From the IMG/VR virus record IMGVR_UViG_3300006169_000035: a stretch of 64,000 nt of DNA. One strand, given 5' to 3'. The DNA is from an uncultured virus (IMG/VR IMGVR_UViG_3300006169_000035) (Duplodnaviria; Heunggongvirae; Uroviricota; Caudoviricetes). The position numbers were made by a program, and so were the translations under genes. Within the stretch, counting starts at the first letter, position 1, and the number at the start of each line of letters is the position of its first letter. Below, piece by piece: positions 39,367-48,837 of the stretch. The notes beneath the pieces are model-generated. The model was not told where the DNA came from and did not search any database. It saw only the letters and a program-made list of their open reading frames with translations.

Positions 39367-40263
39367 ATGAACCGCTTCTGCGCGACTCTGCCCGTTCTTG
39401 CGGCCTGTTGCGGCTTCGACCCCGAGGGCGTCGGATCCGATACAGATACAGACCCGAGTTCATCCACGACCGAAGTGTCCTCGTCCTCGACGGCCGTCGA
39501 CGCCACGGCGAGCTCGACGTCTTCTTCCAGCACGTCTTCGTCATCGTCTTCCGGAGAACCTTCCTCGGAAGACTCCACCACCTCCGGGTCGGACGAAGAG
39601 TCCTCGTCGAGCGGAACCGTCTTCGTCGATCACGCTCTGTCGTTCGAGGGCCAGCAGCACGGCGTCACGGAGCCGCTTCCCGGCCTGCCCCAGAACTACA
39701 CGATCGAGTTCTGGGTACGAACCGAGGGCGAACTCCACGGCGCGCTCTTGTCGAGCGCTGCGGGCGATCCGATCCACGGGATCTTCTGCTACCACGAGAC
39801 CGGAGAGTGGACGGCGTTCGACAACGTCCTGACGTTCATCGACTACAACGCTCCGTCGCCAGGTTGGGACTACGTCGTCGACCCCGAGCTCGACATCAAC
39901 GAGCAGCCTGGATGGCACCACATCGCGCTCACGAAGGATGCAAGCGGACTCATCCGCATGTTCTTCGACGGTGGCCAGGTGGCGCAGAGACAGTTCTCGG
40001 CTCCGTTTGCCCTCGTAGAGCGTCAGCTGAAGGTCGGCCTCGATGGCGGCGGCATCATTCCGTTGCACGGCGCCGTGATCGACGAACTGCGGATCTCGTC
40101 TGTCGCCCGCTACGATGCACTCTTCGAGCCCGAGAAGGATCTCGACGCCGATGGCGACACGCTCTACCTCTGGCACTTCGACGAAGGCGAAGGAGATGAC
40201 GCCCTCGACGAGGTGCAAGGCACCGTCCTGAGCCTGACCGATCCCGTCTGGGTCGAGCGCTAG
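39367..40263 (+). CDS. Lipoprotein with Ser/Thr-rich linker and LamG/ConA-like domain
   Basis: LAAC lipobox; TIEFWVR, WHHIAL, FDG, IDELRISSVARY, WHFDEG.G. Confidence 0.8.
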   Translation: MNRFCATLPVLAACCGFDPEGVGSDTDTDPSSSTTEVSSSSTAVDATASSTSSSSTSSSSSSGEPSSEDSTTSGSDEESSSSGTVFVDHALSFEGQQHGVTEPLPGLPQNYTIEFWVRTEGELHGALLSSAAGDPIHGIFCYHETGEWTAFDNVLTFIDYNAPSPGWDYVVDPELDINEQPGWHHIALTKDASGLIRMFFDGGQVAQRQFSAPFALVERQLKVGLDGGGIIPLHGAVIDELRISSVARYDALFEPEKDLDADGDTLYLWHFDEGEGDDALDEVQGTVLSLTDPVWVER

Positions 40264-41594
40264 ACCGTGTAGAAGGTGGTGCCCGCGTACTTCTGCACGA
40301 GTCGTTCGCGGTAGCGCCAGAACGCTTCCACCCACTTCTTGGGATTTTCGCCCCCGTGTTCGAGGTGGTACGCCTTCGCGCGTGGCACGAGCGCACGTAC
40401 GCCTCGAGCCGCGGCCTGAAGGCACAGGTCCTCGACCACGCAGTGGAAGTCATCGAAGGTCGTCCCATCGAACCGAAGACCGAGGCGACGCCGGAAGAAC
40501 ACGCTGCACGAGTCCAAGGTGCTCACGATGCCGCCGCTGTTGCTGCACCACACGTAGCCAGAGAACGGCTCCTCGGGATCAGGAGCTCGCCGGCCTACGA
40601 TTCCGGTCAAGCAGTTGTGCTCGACTGCTCGACGAGCGAAGACAGCGATGGCTCCTTTCTCGAACTTCGTGTCCGCGTGCACGATGCCGACGACGTCCTC
40701 GACAGCGTCGTCTAGGAACGGATTGGCAATGGCCGCGGTGCCACCGAGCATCCGATTGGGGTTGGAAACGCAGACGACCCGCGCTTCGTGCTCGGCGTCG
40801 GGGTTGTTCTTCCGGAAGATCTCGATCTCCTCGTCATCCTTGCCGATGACGAGGAGTGCAATCGTAGGCGGCTCCCACATGCATGACGCGAGCTCGCGAA
40901 AGACCGACACTGGCTGCGGGCGCATCCAGGTTTGGCGATTGGCCTCGAAGTCGGCGTAGGTCAGCTTGTCCATCGGCTTCGCGATCGTGATGGGCAGAGG
41001 ATTCTTGACGCGACGGATGAGACCCACTCCGTAGTCGAAGTCTCCGCAGACGGCGTCCAGATCGAGTCGCTGACGGAACTGCACGAACGCTCGCCAGGTC
41101 GTGCCGCAGAGAGTGATCTCTCCGGTTGTGGGGTCGAGCTCGTGCGCGGCGTTTGGCGGCAGGCAGTCGTGCATCAAGATCGCACCGCCACGATTGAGGC
41201 ACGCGAGGCTGTTCTCGACATCGCGAAAGACCTGGTCGTGGTGATGAAGGCCGTCGATGAAGATGATGTCGAACTTCTCTCCGGCCGCGATCGCTTCGTC
41301 GAAGTACGCGTCGCTCGTCTTGCGTACCGTGCCTCCCGATGCCGGGTCGACGCCGACCTTGTGCTTGGCCTTGATCCGGCTGAAGCACGCATCGGAAGCG
41401 CAGCCGATCTCCAGGTAGCTCTCGTATCCACGCTTGGTGATGAAAAGGTTGATGGCGTCGATGCGAGAGAACGGCGGCTCCGCTGGCGCTTCCTGCTGGT
41501 GCGTCGGGGCTGCAGGTCCTCGAACGACAGCACGCGGATGAGCCGGCTTGGCTGTGGGTCGCTTGCGTGGTCCCTTGGACTTGATGCGGAGCAT
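40260..41594 (-). CDS. Methyltransf_24-like domain fused to glycosyltransferase-like domain
   Basis: YLEIG, GVDP, FDIIFIDGLH, MHDC; C-terminal VHAD, TLD, FD, DLCLQ. Confidence 0.8.
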   Translation of the reverse strand: MLRIKSKGPRKRPTAKPAHPRAVVRGPAAPTHQQEAPAEPPFSRIDAINLFITKRGYESYLEIGCASDACFSRIKAKHKVGVDPASGGTVRKTSDAYFDEAIAAGEKFDIIFIDGLHHHDQVFRDVENSLACLNRGGAILMHDCLPPNAAHELDPTTGEITLCGTTWRAFVQFRQRLDLDAVCGDFDYGVGLIRRVKNPLPITIAKPMDKLTYADFEANRQTWMRPQPVSVFRELASCMWEPPTIALLVIGKDDEEIEIFRKNNPDAEHEARVVCVSNPNRMLGGTAAIANPFLDDAVEDVVGIVHADTKFEKGAIAVFARRAVEHNCLTGIVGRRAPDPEEPFSGYVWCSNSGGIVSTLDSCSVFFRRRLGLRFDGTTFDDFHCVVEDLCLQAAARGVRALVPRAKAYHLEHGGENPKKWVEAFWRYRERLVQKYAGTTFYTV

Positions 41595-41599
41595 TTTCC

Positions 41600-42283
41600 T
41601 CACCTCGGTGTCGTGGAGTTGTCGTTGGGGTCGAACTGGTAGATGTAGAGGGCGCGCTCGATGGTGGAGACGCGTTCGGCTCGCGAAGCGATCTGCTCGG
41701 CCCACTGTGTGTCTTCACCGATCGCGATGGCCGGAAATGGCACGCTCGCGGCGAGCTCGCGTCTCCAGACCATGATGTGGTTGGGCTTGCGTCGATACTC
41801 GCCATCCAGCGTGACATGGTCGAAGTCTGGGTGGTACCGACACGGCTTCTCCGGGCCGTACCCGCGCACGAGCACGGTGAAGCAGAGCACGTCCGGGCGT
41901 TCCCGGGTCAATCGCTCACAGATCGTAGCGACGTAGTCGGTTGCTACGGCGTCGTCGTCGTCACAGAAGGCAACGAAGTCTCCACGAGCGAGAGAGATCA
42001 TCTTGTTGCGCTTCTCTCCGATGCTCATCGAACGGTTGTCGCGCAGAACCAGAAGCTCTACGTCGCGTCGCGCCGCGACCTGGACATCGAGCGACGACAA
42101 GAGCGCACGGAGCTTGGGCTCTCGCCCTGGCACGGTGGGAACGAGGATCGACAGAAGTGTCGAGGTGGCAGAGGCGCGTGCAACGGGGTTGATGCGAGGG
42201 GCGTGAGGACGAGTTCGCAACGGTGCGCCGCGAGGACGAGTGGTAGGGACCTGTCTGATGTCCTTGCGAACCTTGATGCCCAT
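41600..42283 (-). CDS. GT2-family glycosyltransferase
   Basis: LSILVPT, IGEKRN, ARGDFVAFCDDDD, GEDTQW. Confidence 0.85.
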   Translation of the reverse strand: MGIKVRKDIRQVPTTRPRGAPLRTRPHAPRINPVARASATSTLLSILVPTVPGREPKLRALLSSLDVQVAARRDVELLVLRDNRSMSIGEKRNKMISLARGDFVAFCDDDDAVATDYVATICERLTRERPDVLCFTVLVRGYGPEKPCRYHPDFDHVTLDGEYRRKPNHIMVWRRELAASVPFPAIAIGEDTQWAEQIASRAERVSTIERALYIYQFDPNDNSTTPR

Positions 42284-43125
42284 CAGAACCCAAACCTCTT
42301 GCTGCGCGACACGAAGAGATCGTGATCGCGGGTGAAGCTGCGCTGCCCGAGTGCGTACACGGGATCGCTCTTGGCTTTCCCCCACAACGGATGCAGGTGC
42401 TCGATGATGCAGTCGACGCGGTGCCGATACAGGCCTCGGCGTTTCGCCGTGGCGACCAGCTCGGTGTCGGGGAAGTTGTGGTCGTAGCCCTCGTGTACCA
42501 CGCATCCGCGGCAGTCCACGGTGCCACAGCAGTCCGCGTACGCGCGCCGCACAAGCGGGTGTGTTGAGTGCTGACCTCTTGTGGTGGCGACGTTGCCCAG
42601 ATCGTTGGTCCCAAGGACGCCTTCAAACGAGAGCAGCTCGCCTCGTATCACGTCGATCCACCCAGGACGAAAGGACAGGTCGTCGGCGCCGAGCAAGATC
42701 CATGGCTCATGCGTACGCTGGTAGCCGCGGTTGATCTTCTTGGCCCACGAGCGATCCTCGTCGCCCACGACGATCGGCTCGAGCCCAGCCGCACGGATCG
42801 CAGCGAGCTCGGCGGTGTCGGATGCCTGAGCGACGAAGTAGATCGCGGCGTCTTCGTCCTTGGTTGCTGCCCGGAAGCTGTCGACGAGCGGCTGCACCCG
42901 CTGTGGGCGCGAAAGCACGGGTACGATCGCGGCAATCAGCCGGCCTGTGATCGCCTCCTCGCCGACGCGCTGCGCGAGAGCCACTCGCTGCTGCTCCCAT
43001 GCCGAGTTGTCCCAAGCGCTCTGCGATCGCATCAGCACGCGCGTATCGGCTGATCGACGAGGAGCGTGCGAAACGACTCGCACCGAGGGACGACGAACCT
43101 TGATCGCCTTGTGCTTCCGGATCAC
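42283..43125 (-). CDS. GT2-like glycosyltransferase
   Basis: IVPVLSRP, KINRGY, LGADD, YDHNFPDTEL, EHLHP. Confidence 0.8.
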   Translation of the reverse strand: MIRKHKAIKVRRPSVRVVSHAPRRSADTRVLMRSQSAWDNSAWEQQRVALAQRVGEEAITGRLIAAIVPVLSRPQRVQPLVDSFRAATKDEDAAIYFVAQASDTAELAAIRAAGLEPIVVGDEDRSWAKKINRGYQRTHEPWILLGADDLSFRPGWIDVIRGELLSFEGVLGTNDLGNVATTRGQHSTHPLVRRAYADCCGTVDCRGCVVHEGYDHNFPDTELVATAKRRGLYRHRVDCIIEHLHPLWGKAKSDPVYALGQRSFTRDHDLFVSRSKRFGF

Positions 43126-43961
43126 GGAGTCTCCTTTCGGACGCGCACACCGTTGCCCGCACGCCGCACCGATCGCTTCTCGGATGCGAACACCTCGCTC
43201 TTCGGCATAGTGATCGGAGGCGGGGACACGTGTGCGTGCTCGGGATGGTCGTAGCGAACCGCCACGAACTCGCCGAAGTACGCGCTCACGATCGCCTTGC
43301 GTCGCACCGCGACGCGTTGAAGCTCGACGTCCTCGCCGATTGTGATATCCGGGTAGCGCAACGCTCGTTGCTTCCACACGGCAGCCGGGATCGAGATCGT
43401 CGCACCAGCGACACCAGCAACAACCCCGCCCTGAGCAGCCGCGCCGTAGCTCGGAGGATCTCTCGGTGGCACCGTTGCCGTAGTCACAGCCCACGAGGCA
43501 ACACCGACGATGAGTGCATCGGAATGCTTCCTCCACGCGTCCAAGATCCCCTCGAAGTACCGCGTGCCGTAGAGATCGTCGTCGTCGATGGTGCAGCAGA
43601 TCGTCTCGTCGTCGGAGTCTGCGGCTGCATGATCCATCGCGAGGTTACGCAGAGCACCCAGGACCATGTGCTTCGGAGCGGGGACAATAACGACGGGGAT
43701 ACCAGGGAGCGCAGCGATGATCGGGTCGGGGTAGTAGTCGTCGACGGCGCTGCACACCACGACGCGGATCGGCTTGACGGTCTGCCAGGCGAGCTTGAGG
43801 CCCACGTGCTCAGCGAGCCACGGTCGCTTCGTGACCACGACCGCGACGACCTTGCCGGCTGTGATCGGCAGCCTCGTGGCACGACCGTAGGTCCCGGAAG
43901 CAAAGCCCGATCGCTTGCCTCCGCGAACGATCTTCATCGGTCTGTGGATGCGCACGGCCAT
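43122..43961 (-). CDS. GT2-like glycosyltransferase
   Basis: TKRP, LGALRN, IDDDDLY, GAT, GED. Confidence 0.75.
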   Translation of the reverse strand: MAVRIHRPMKIVRGGKRSGFASGTYGRATRLPITAGKVVAVVVTKRPWLAEHVGLKLAWQTVKPIRVVVCSAVDDYYPDPIIAALPGIPVVIVPAPKHMVLGALRNLAMDHAAADSDDETICCTIDDDDLYGTRYFEGILDAWRKHSDALIVGVASWAVTTATVPPRDPPSYGAAAQGGVVAGVAGATISIPAAVWKQRALRYPDITIGEDVELQRVAVRRKAIVSAYFGEFVAVRYDHPEHAHVSPPPITMPKSEVFASEKRSVRRAGNGVRVRKETP

Positions 43962-43971
43962 CTCGCGCCCG

Positions 43972-44772
43972 TCACCGCTTGCCGATGCGACGTCGCTCCG
44001 GGCTTCGCTGGACCTTCTTTGTCGCGCCTTCGGTCGGCAGCTCTCGACCGATCCGGATCCGTTCTCCTCCGTACTCGACGGGGTGACGACCGCCTTCGCC
44101 CTGCCGCAGGGGCGCCCTGCTCTGGTCGTGCCAGATGCAGTGATGGTCGTTCATCTTCCCGTGGTAGTGCCGGTTGATCTTGAAGCGCAGTACGTCAAGC
44201 GGGCTCCCGACATCGATCATCGGCACTCGCAAGCTCGGCTGCTGGCGTCGCCAGTACCGATAGATGATGACGTTGGAGCACGGACCGGCAGCGAACAGCA
44301 CCGGACGATCGGTCACCTTGAGCAGCTTCTCGACCAGGCCATCGACATCCCATGCCTCGGTCACTCCGTCGAGCGGGACTTCGTATCCCGGCGTTCCGTA
44401 CTCGCCGTTGATGATGATGGCGTCCTTGAAGCGGTCTTCGAGCTCGCGCGCTCGTGGGAGGTTCCCGTGCATGAACAGCGTGGAGAACGTCTGTGCTGAC
44501 TTCGGCACGCTCACCCCAGCGCGAAGCCCCAGTCCTGTGCGATGGCAGCACGCCGGCGGAAGTCCAACGCAGTAGGCGTCCATCCCAGCGGTCAGAGACG
44601 AGAGGACCTCGTTCTGGCACCACACGGGACCGCGTGCCCACCACGCGTCCGCCGAGCGGTTCTCCTTCCCTTGGATGATCGCCTGCTCACCATCGCCGAA
44701 GCGGACCAGAGCGAAGGCCTTTCGCGATTTCAACACGGCGTCGAAGTCGGCTCGGTGGTCTTGCACGAACAT
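43972..44772 (-). CDS. GT-D-fold-like glycosyltransferase domain protein
   Basis: FALVRFGDGE, LFAAGP, IDVGS.LD. Confidence 0.7.
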   Translation of the reverse strand: MFVQDHRADFDAVLKSRKAFALVRFGDGEQAIIQGKENRSADAWWARGPVWCQNEVLSSLTAGMDAYCVGLPPACCHRTGLGLRAGVSVPKSAQTFSTLFMHGNLPRARELEDRFKDAIIINGEYGTPGYEVPLDGVTEAWDVDGLVEKLLKVTDRPVLFAAGPCSNVIIYRYWRRQQPSLRVPMIDVGSPLDVLRFKINRHYHGKMNDHHCIWHDQSRAPLRQGEGGRHPVEYGGERIRIGRELPTEGATKKVQRSPERRRIGKR

Positions 44773-44774
44773 CG

Positions 44775-45149
44775 TCAGTCCTTCGTTTTCTGCTGCTCCG
44801 CGAGCAGCTCTTCGAGTTTCTTGTGCGCGAGTTCCAGTGAACAGAGCATGCGGCGAGCTCGGAGCACACCGTACTTCGCCTGAGCGATCGCCACCGGCAG
44901 CAAGACACGCAGGAGTTCGACAGACGCCGGATCTTTCTCGATTCCGTAGCGGAACTGCATGAGCACGGGCTCGATCCAGTCCGTGCTCAGCATCATGTAG
45001 GCGTCAGCCTCGGCGAGGTATCCTCCGATGCTCGGTCCGCCGTTGTTGCGGACCGACTCCTCGATCTCGTCCGCGATGTCGTGGTCCTCGTCGCAGTACT
45101 CGGCCCAACGCCTGAGTTCCTCGGGGAGGTTGCTGTTGCTGTCGCTCAT
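44775..45149 (-). CDS. Hypothetical protein
   Basis: MSDSNSNLPEELRRW...; fits the operon. Confidence 0.55.
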   Translation of the reverse strand: MSDSNSNLPEELRRWAEYCDEDHDIADEIEESVRNNGGPSIGGYLAEADAYMMLSTDWIEPVLMQFRYGIEKDPASVELLRVLLPVAIAQAKYGVLRARRMLCSLELAHKKLEELLAEQQKTKD

Positions 45150-45339
45150 CGGCTGAGGACGCGCACGCAGGTCGGGCACCGGCTAATCGCGGTTCCTCTC
45201 GGCTTCGGTGCCGGCTGCGTTGGCGCGGTCGCCGTGCGCGTCGACAGCGACTGGGAAGCAGCGACCGGCACCTTTGCAGAGGTGCCGATGCGCTGCGTGA
45301 TGGGTTTCCCGATCCGGATGGCCATGGTCCGATCAGAGC

Positions 45340-46767
45340 CTAAGGCGCGGGCGCTGTCGACTCTGTTGTCGGATCGGGCTCCTTGAGCTCGTCCTTCTCG
45401 ATCCTCGCAGTATCGGCCGCCGCCGCCATGACGCACATCGGCTCCCAGCCGATGTCGCGATAGACCTGGTAGTCGCCGGCGTGCAGCTGCTCGGAGGTCG
45501 GACCGCCGCTCTTGGCCTCCATGTCGAACCGCGCCGACAGGCTACCAACGGCTTTGCGCGGCTCGAGCATCCCCCACATTTCACGCTTCTCGTGCGGGAA
45601 CGGAAGCACGACGATCGCCACGCCCGAGTGCTGAAGAGCTGCTGCAACGTGAAGCTGTGTCGCGAGCGGACAGCCTACGATCGGGAAGGCCAAGACTCCC
45701 CGAGCGTGCTCGACGTGCATGAGCCAAGCGCCGCGGCCAGTGTCGACATCCATCTCCTCGCGGCGAAGCGACTCGGGACCGATCGGCATGCCCGAGTCGA
45801 AGGAGTCCGACTGGAAGATCGTGCCCGCGGCCGCGATCGCGATCTTCTCACCTGTCGCCTCGGCGGACTCGATGCGTGCGAGAGCACTGCGCAGCCACTG
45901 CGGCCCAGGGATGCAGTCGTCATCGAGCATGAGGACGTACTTGGTGGGCACGCCCGAGACGAGGATCCAGCGGATCCACGGACCCATGTCGCGGCTTGCC
46001 TTGACGTGAGGAATGCGCTGCGACAGCAACGCGTCGTTGAGGCGTTGGCCGCCGGGGTTGATCCAGCAGAGCATCTGCTGCTCGCGCACGCCCGAGGCCT
46101 GGAGTGCCCGGAACTGAGCGTCGAGGAGCTCGCCGCGTGCGTGCTGGCTCATGATGACGGTGAGGTTGTCGATGGCCGTGGGCATCGCCGCGACGGCAGC
46201 AGCCGGAGCCACGGGCTGCACGGAAACTCCGTGCGGGACGGTGCCCGCACGCACGGCCTGCCCGAACTGGTCCATCTGCGCCTGCAAGGGCGTCCCAGCG
46301 GCGGCAGCCACCGGAACTCCGTGAGCGGGCGCTGATCCTCCTGTCGCTGGCGGACGAGCCTGCGGAGTACGAAGGGCTTGGCCAAGAGGAGTCGCAGCGG
46401 GAGCTGGTTGCGACGGCGGCTGCTGAACCACCACGTTCGCACCATAGACACCATGCGGACGAGTAGCGCGCTGCCGCGGGCCCGCTGTACGATCTTCCGG
46501 CCGCGAGATCTTCGCACCGAGCACCATCGGTCCCCGACCGCCACCGCCGCCAGTCGGTCGCACCGTGACGCCGCCTCGATGGTTGCGAACCTCGGTGGGC
46601 GGATTGTTCTCGTCGATGATCCGTACCTGGACATCACCGGTGGTGCGCACGACTCGTGCGGATGGAGCAGGCTCGGCGGCGGCAGGTGTTTCCGTCGGCT
46701 GGTATGGGTTCTGCGCCTGGCTTCGGCGAGCGCGTTCGAGGATTCGCTGACGATCTTCTTCGTTCAT
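45340..46767 (-). CDS. GT2-like protein with long Pro/Gln/Ala-rich disordered N-terminus
   Basis: YVLMLDDDCIPG..WL; GGAACAGCC-ATG start coupled to the MTase stop. Confidence 0.7.
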   Translation of the reverse strand: MNEEDRQRILERARRSQAQNPYQPTETPAAAEPAPSARVVRTTGDVQVRIIDENNPPTEVRNHRGGVTVRPTGGGGGRGPMVLGAKISRPEDRTAGPRQRATRPHGVYGANVVVQQPPSQPAPAATPLGQALRTPQARPPATGGSAPAHGVPVAAAAGTPLQAQMDQFGQAVRAGTVPHGVSVQPVAPAAAVAAMPTAIDNLTVIMSQHARGELLDAQFRALQASGVREQQMLCWINPGGQRLNDALLSQRIPHVKASRDMGPWIRWILVSGVPTKYVLMLDDDCIPGPQWLRSALARIESAEATGEKIAIAAAGTIFQSDSFDSGMPIGPESLRREEMDVDTGRGAWLMHVEHARGVLAFPIVGCPLATQLHVAAALQHSGVAIVVLPFPHEKREMWGMLEPRKAVGSLSARFDMEAKSGGPTSEQLHAGDYQVYRDIGWEPMCVMAAAADTARIEKDELKEPDPTTESTAPAP

Positions 46768-47783
46768 GGCTGTTCCTGTGCTTGCTCGGGGGCGGCCTCC
46801 GAGGCATCTGTGGGTTCGACTTTCTCGCCTGGTGCGAAGGATGCTCCGTACCAACGCGTCTCGCTCGTTCGACCGATGCGAACGATCTGAGTGGATTTCT
46901 GCATGCGCTTGAGAGCCGACGCGACCTCCTTGGGGGTTCCGTCTACGATCTCAGGCAGCATCGACGCTCGCACGCCCTGCTCACCCGCAGAGATCACGAC
47001 GTTGAGCACGCGGCGTTCGAGCTCCATTCGAGCGCGTACGCGGGCGCCCTTGACGGGCATGTCTGGGATGCTCGTCTGCGACGGGCGTGGTCGCTCGAAG
47101 AGCGGAAGCTCGAGCCGTGCGAGGCCAGCCTGGTAGTGCTCCTTGTCGAGCTCCCAACCAACGAAGCGCCGCCCAAGACCGACGGCTGCAACTCCGGTTG
47201 TTGCCCATCCGGCGAACATATCGGCAATCGTCTCGCCCTCGTCGGTGAAGTCGGCGATGAGATCACGCATGAGACCTGCCGGCTTCTGTGTCGGATGCCG
47301 CGGCTTGTCGCGGCAGATCATGTGAGGCCAGATCGCCGGCTTGCCGCCACCGTTCCACCGCTGCGTCAGGATCCGACTGTGCGCGATGACGATCGCCTCG
47401 GTTCCTTGAGCAGGTCCATCGCCCGTCATCTGTGGCTGCGTGCCGAGACGAAGCCAATGGCCTGTCCGGTAGTACGACATGCCGGCGGCGATGATGGCGA
47501 AGCGCCATAGATGCGCCTCTTCCTCATCGCAGAAGATGAGCGCCCAGCGACGACACTTCTGCGCGGTGACTCGAGCCGTCCGATTGCGGAGCTCGTCGTT
47601 CATCGGCGCGAAGTTGAACTGGTTGTCGCGGACGCGGTTGGCGGCGTTGCCGTCGTCGACGGCCTTCGAGTACGGCGGGTCGATGAAGACGTGGTCGACG
47701 TCGGGATGGGCGAGGAGCCCCTCGACGCCATCGCCGTAGTGAAATCTCCAGGGTCGATCGGGCTGGGCAGGTTCGGGAGTCAC
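46764..47783 (-). CDS. Amino-methyltransferase (N6-A/N4-C DNA methylase, beta class) with C-terminal HTH-like segment
   Basis: IDPPY, HPTQKP..LM, DMFAG..TTGVAA..LGR.F.G.E. Confidence 0.9.
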   Translation of the reverse strand: MTPEPAQPDRPWRFHYGDGVEGLLAHPDVDHVFIDPPYSKAVDDGNAANRVRDNQFNFAPMNDELRNRTARVTAQKCRRWALIFCDEEEAHLWRFAIIAAGMSYYRTGHWLRLGTQPQMTGDGPAQGTEAIVIAHSRILTQRWNGGGKPAIWPHMICRDKPRHPTQKPAGLMRDLIADFTDEGETIADMFAGWATTGVAAVGLGRRFVGWELDKEHYQAGLARLELPLFERPRPSQTSIPDMPVKGARVRARMELERRVLNVVISAGEQGVRASMLPEIVDGTPKEVASALKRMQKSTQIVRIGRTSETRWYGASFAPGEKVEPTDASEAAPEQAQEQP

Positions 47784-47822
47784 ACGCTCATCTTCTGCCA
47801 GATCGGTAGAAGATAGGCAAGC

Positions 47823-47874
47823 TTCTACCCAACGGGCAGAACCATTTTCGCCACCTTTCGCCCGTTGGGAAGAA
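47823..47874. repeat. Inverted repeat upstream of the MTase-glycosylation operon
   Basis: CCCAACGGGC (47828-37) and GCCCGTTGGG (47860-69) plus TTCT/AGAA extension; 22-nt spacer. Confidence 0.6.
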
Positions 47875-48323
47875 CGGTTTCGTGGATCTTCTCCCCGAAG
47901 GGACGAACCGAATCAACTGGTCCGCCGGCCTGTGCCCTGCGATACGCTGCCGATCGATGCAGGAGCCTCGCTTCGTTGCCAGTTCGGTCGAGGAACTCGT
48001 CGAGCTCGCCAGGCGAGCCGACCCGCCGGTCGCCATGGGTGAGACAGCAGAGCTCGCGTTGCCGCGTCGTCGTGTTCGTGTTGTCGTGAGGGAGATCGAT
48101 CCGCTCGTCGTCTGGGATGAGGACGAAGAAGGAGGTTGCCCGTGAACAAGACAGCGCCTGCGCCAGGCTTCCGCGTCCTCTTCAATCGCCACGTCGGAAA
48201 GTGGGGATGGAAGGATCAGAAGAGCGGCCCCGACTCGAAGCACCCTCGCGAGAAGTTCACCTTCGACGATCGGCACGCTGCGACGAAGGACACGTACACC
48301 GAACTCACGCGGCGTCGCAGCCC

Positions 48324-48770
48324 TCAGGCTGCTGCAGCGAGAGCGACTGGGGCTGTGTAGGGAACCGCGTAGGGAGCGGTCCAGCCCGGGTAGCTGTAGC
48401 CGTAGCCGAACGGGTAGCTGTACGGCCATCCGCCGAACCAAGTCGGCGCGATGGGCCTCGCGACCGCGTACGAGACCGGCGGATACACGGGCGCAGCGTA
48501 CGGGTACGGCCAGCCGTAGCCGTATCCGTATCCGCCCCAAGGCCAGCCCCAGCCGCCCCAGCCGCCCCAGCCGCCCCAGCCGCCCCAGCCGCCCCAGCCT
48601 CGCCAGCGATGGCCGCCGCCGCTGCCGACGATGCTCGTTCCGCCACCGCCACCATCTCCGCTGATCCCCGAAGGCACGTGCGCAGCTCCGCTGACGATGC
48701 GTGTCTGATTCAAGAGACGACCACCGGGGACGGACGTCAGGCTGCTGCGACGGATTCTTTTTCGGGCCAC
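48324..48770 (-). CDS. Basic leader plus Gly/Trp/Tyr/Pro low-complexity protein
   Basis: GGAGG RBS; (GWG)n then GWPWGGYGYGYGWPYPY. Confidence 0.7.
   Translation of the reverse strand: MARKRIRRSSLTSVPGGRLLNQTRIVSGAAHVPSGISGDGGGGGTSIVGSGGGHRWRGWGGWGGWGGWGGWGGWGWPWGGYGYGYGWPYPYAAPVYPPVSYAVARPIAPTWFGGWPYSYPFGYGYSYPGWTAPYAVPYTAPVALAAAA
48547..48599. repeat. 9-bp tandem repeat (CCCCAGCCG) x5 plus partial copy, encoding GWG repeats
   Basis: Read directly from the sequence. Confidence 0.95.
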
Positions 48771-48837
48771 AGGGGAACCTCCGGATCGACCCTACATCGG
48801 CCGCGCCCCAAACCCAAGGGGCGTCGCAGAACAGGGT

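Noticed and set aside
46764..47783. Restriction-modification system
   Set aside because: No cognate endonuclease adjacent; treated as an orphan methyltransferase
48547..48599. Short tandem repeat as a CRISPR array
   Set aside because: 9-bp units without spacers, in frame within a coding region; no cas genes
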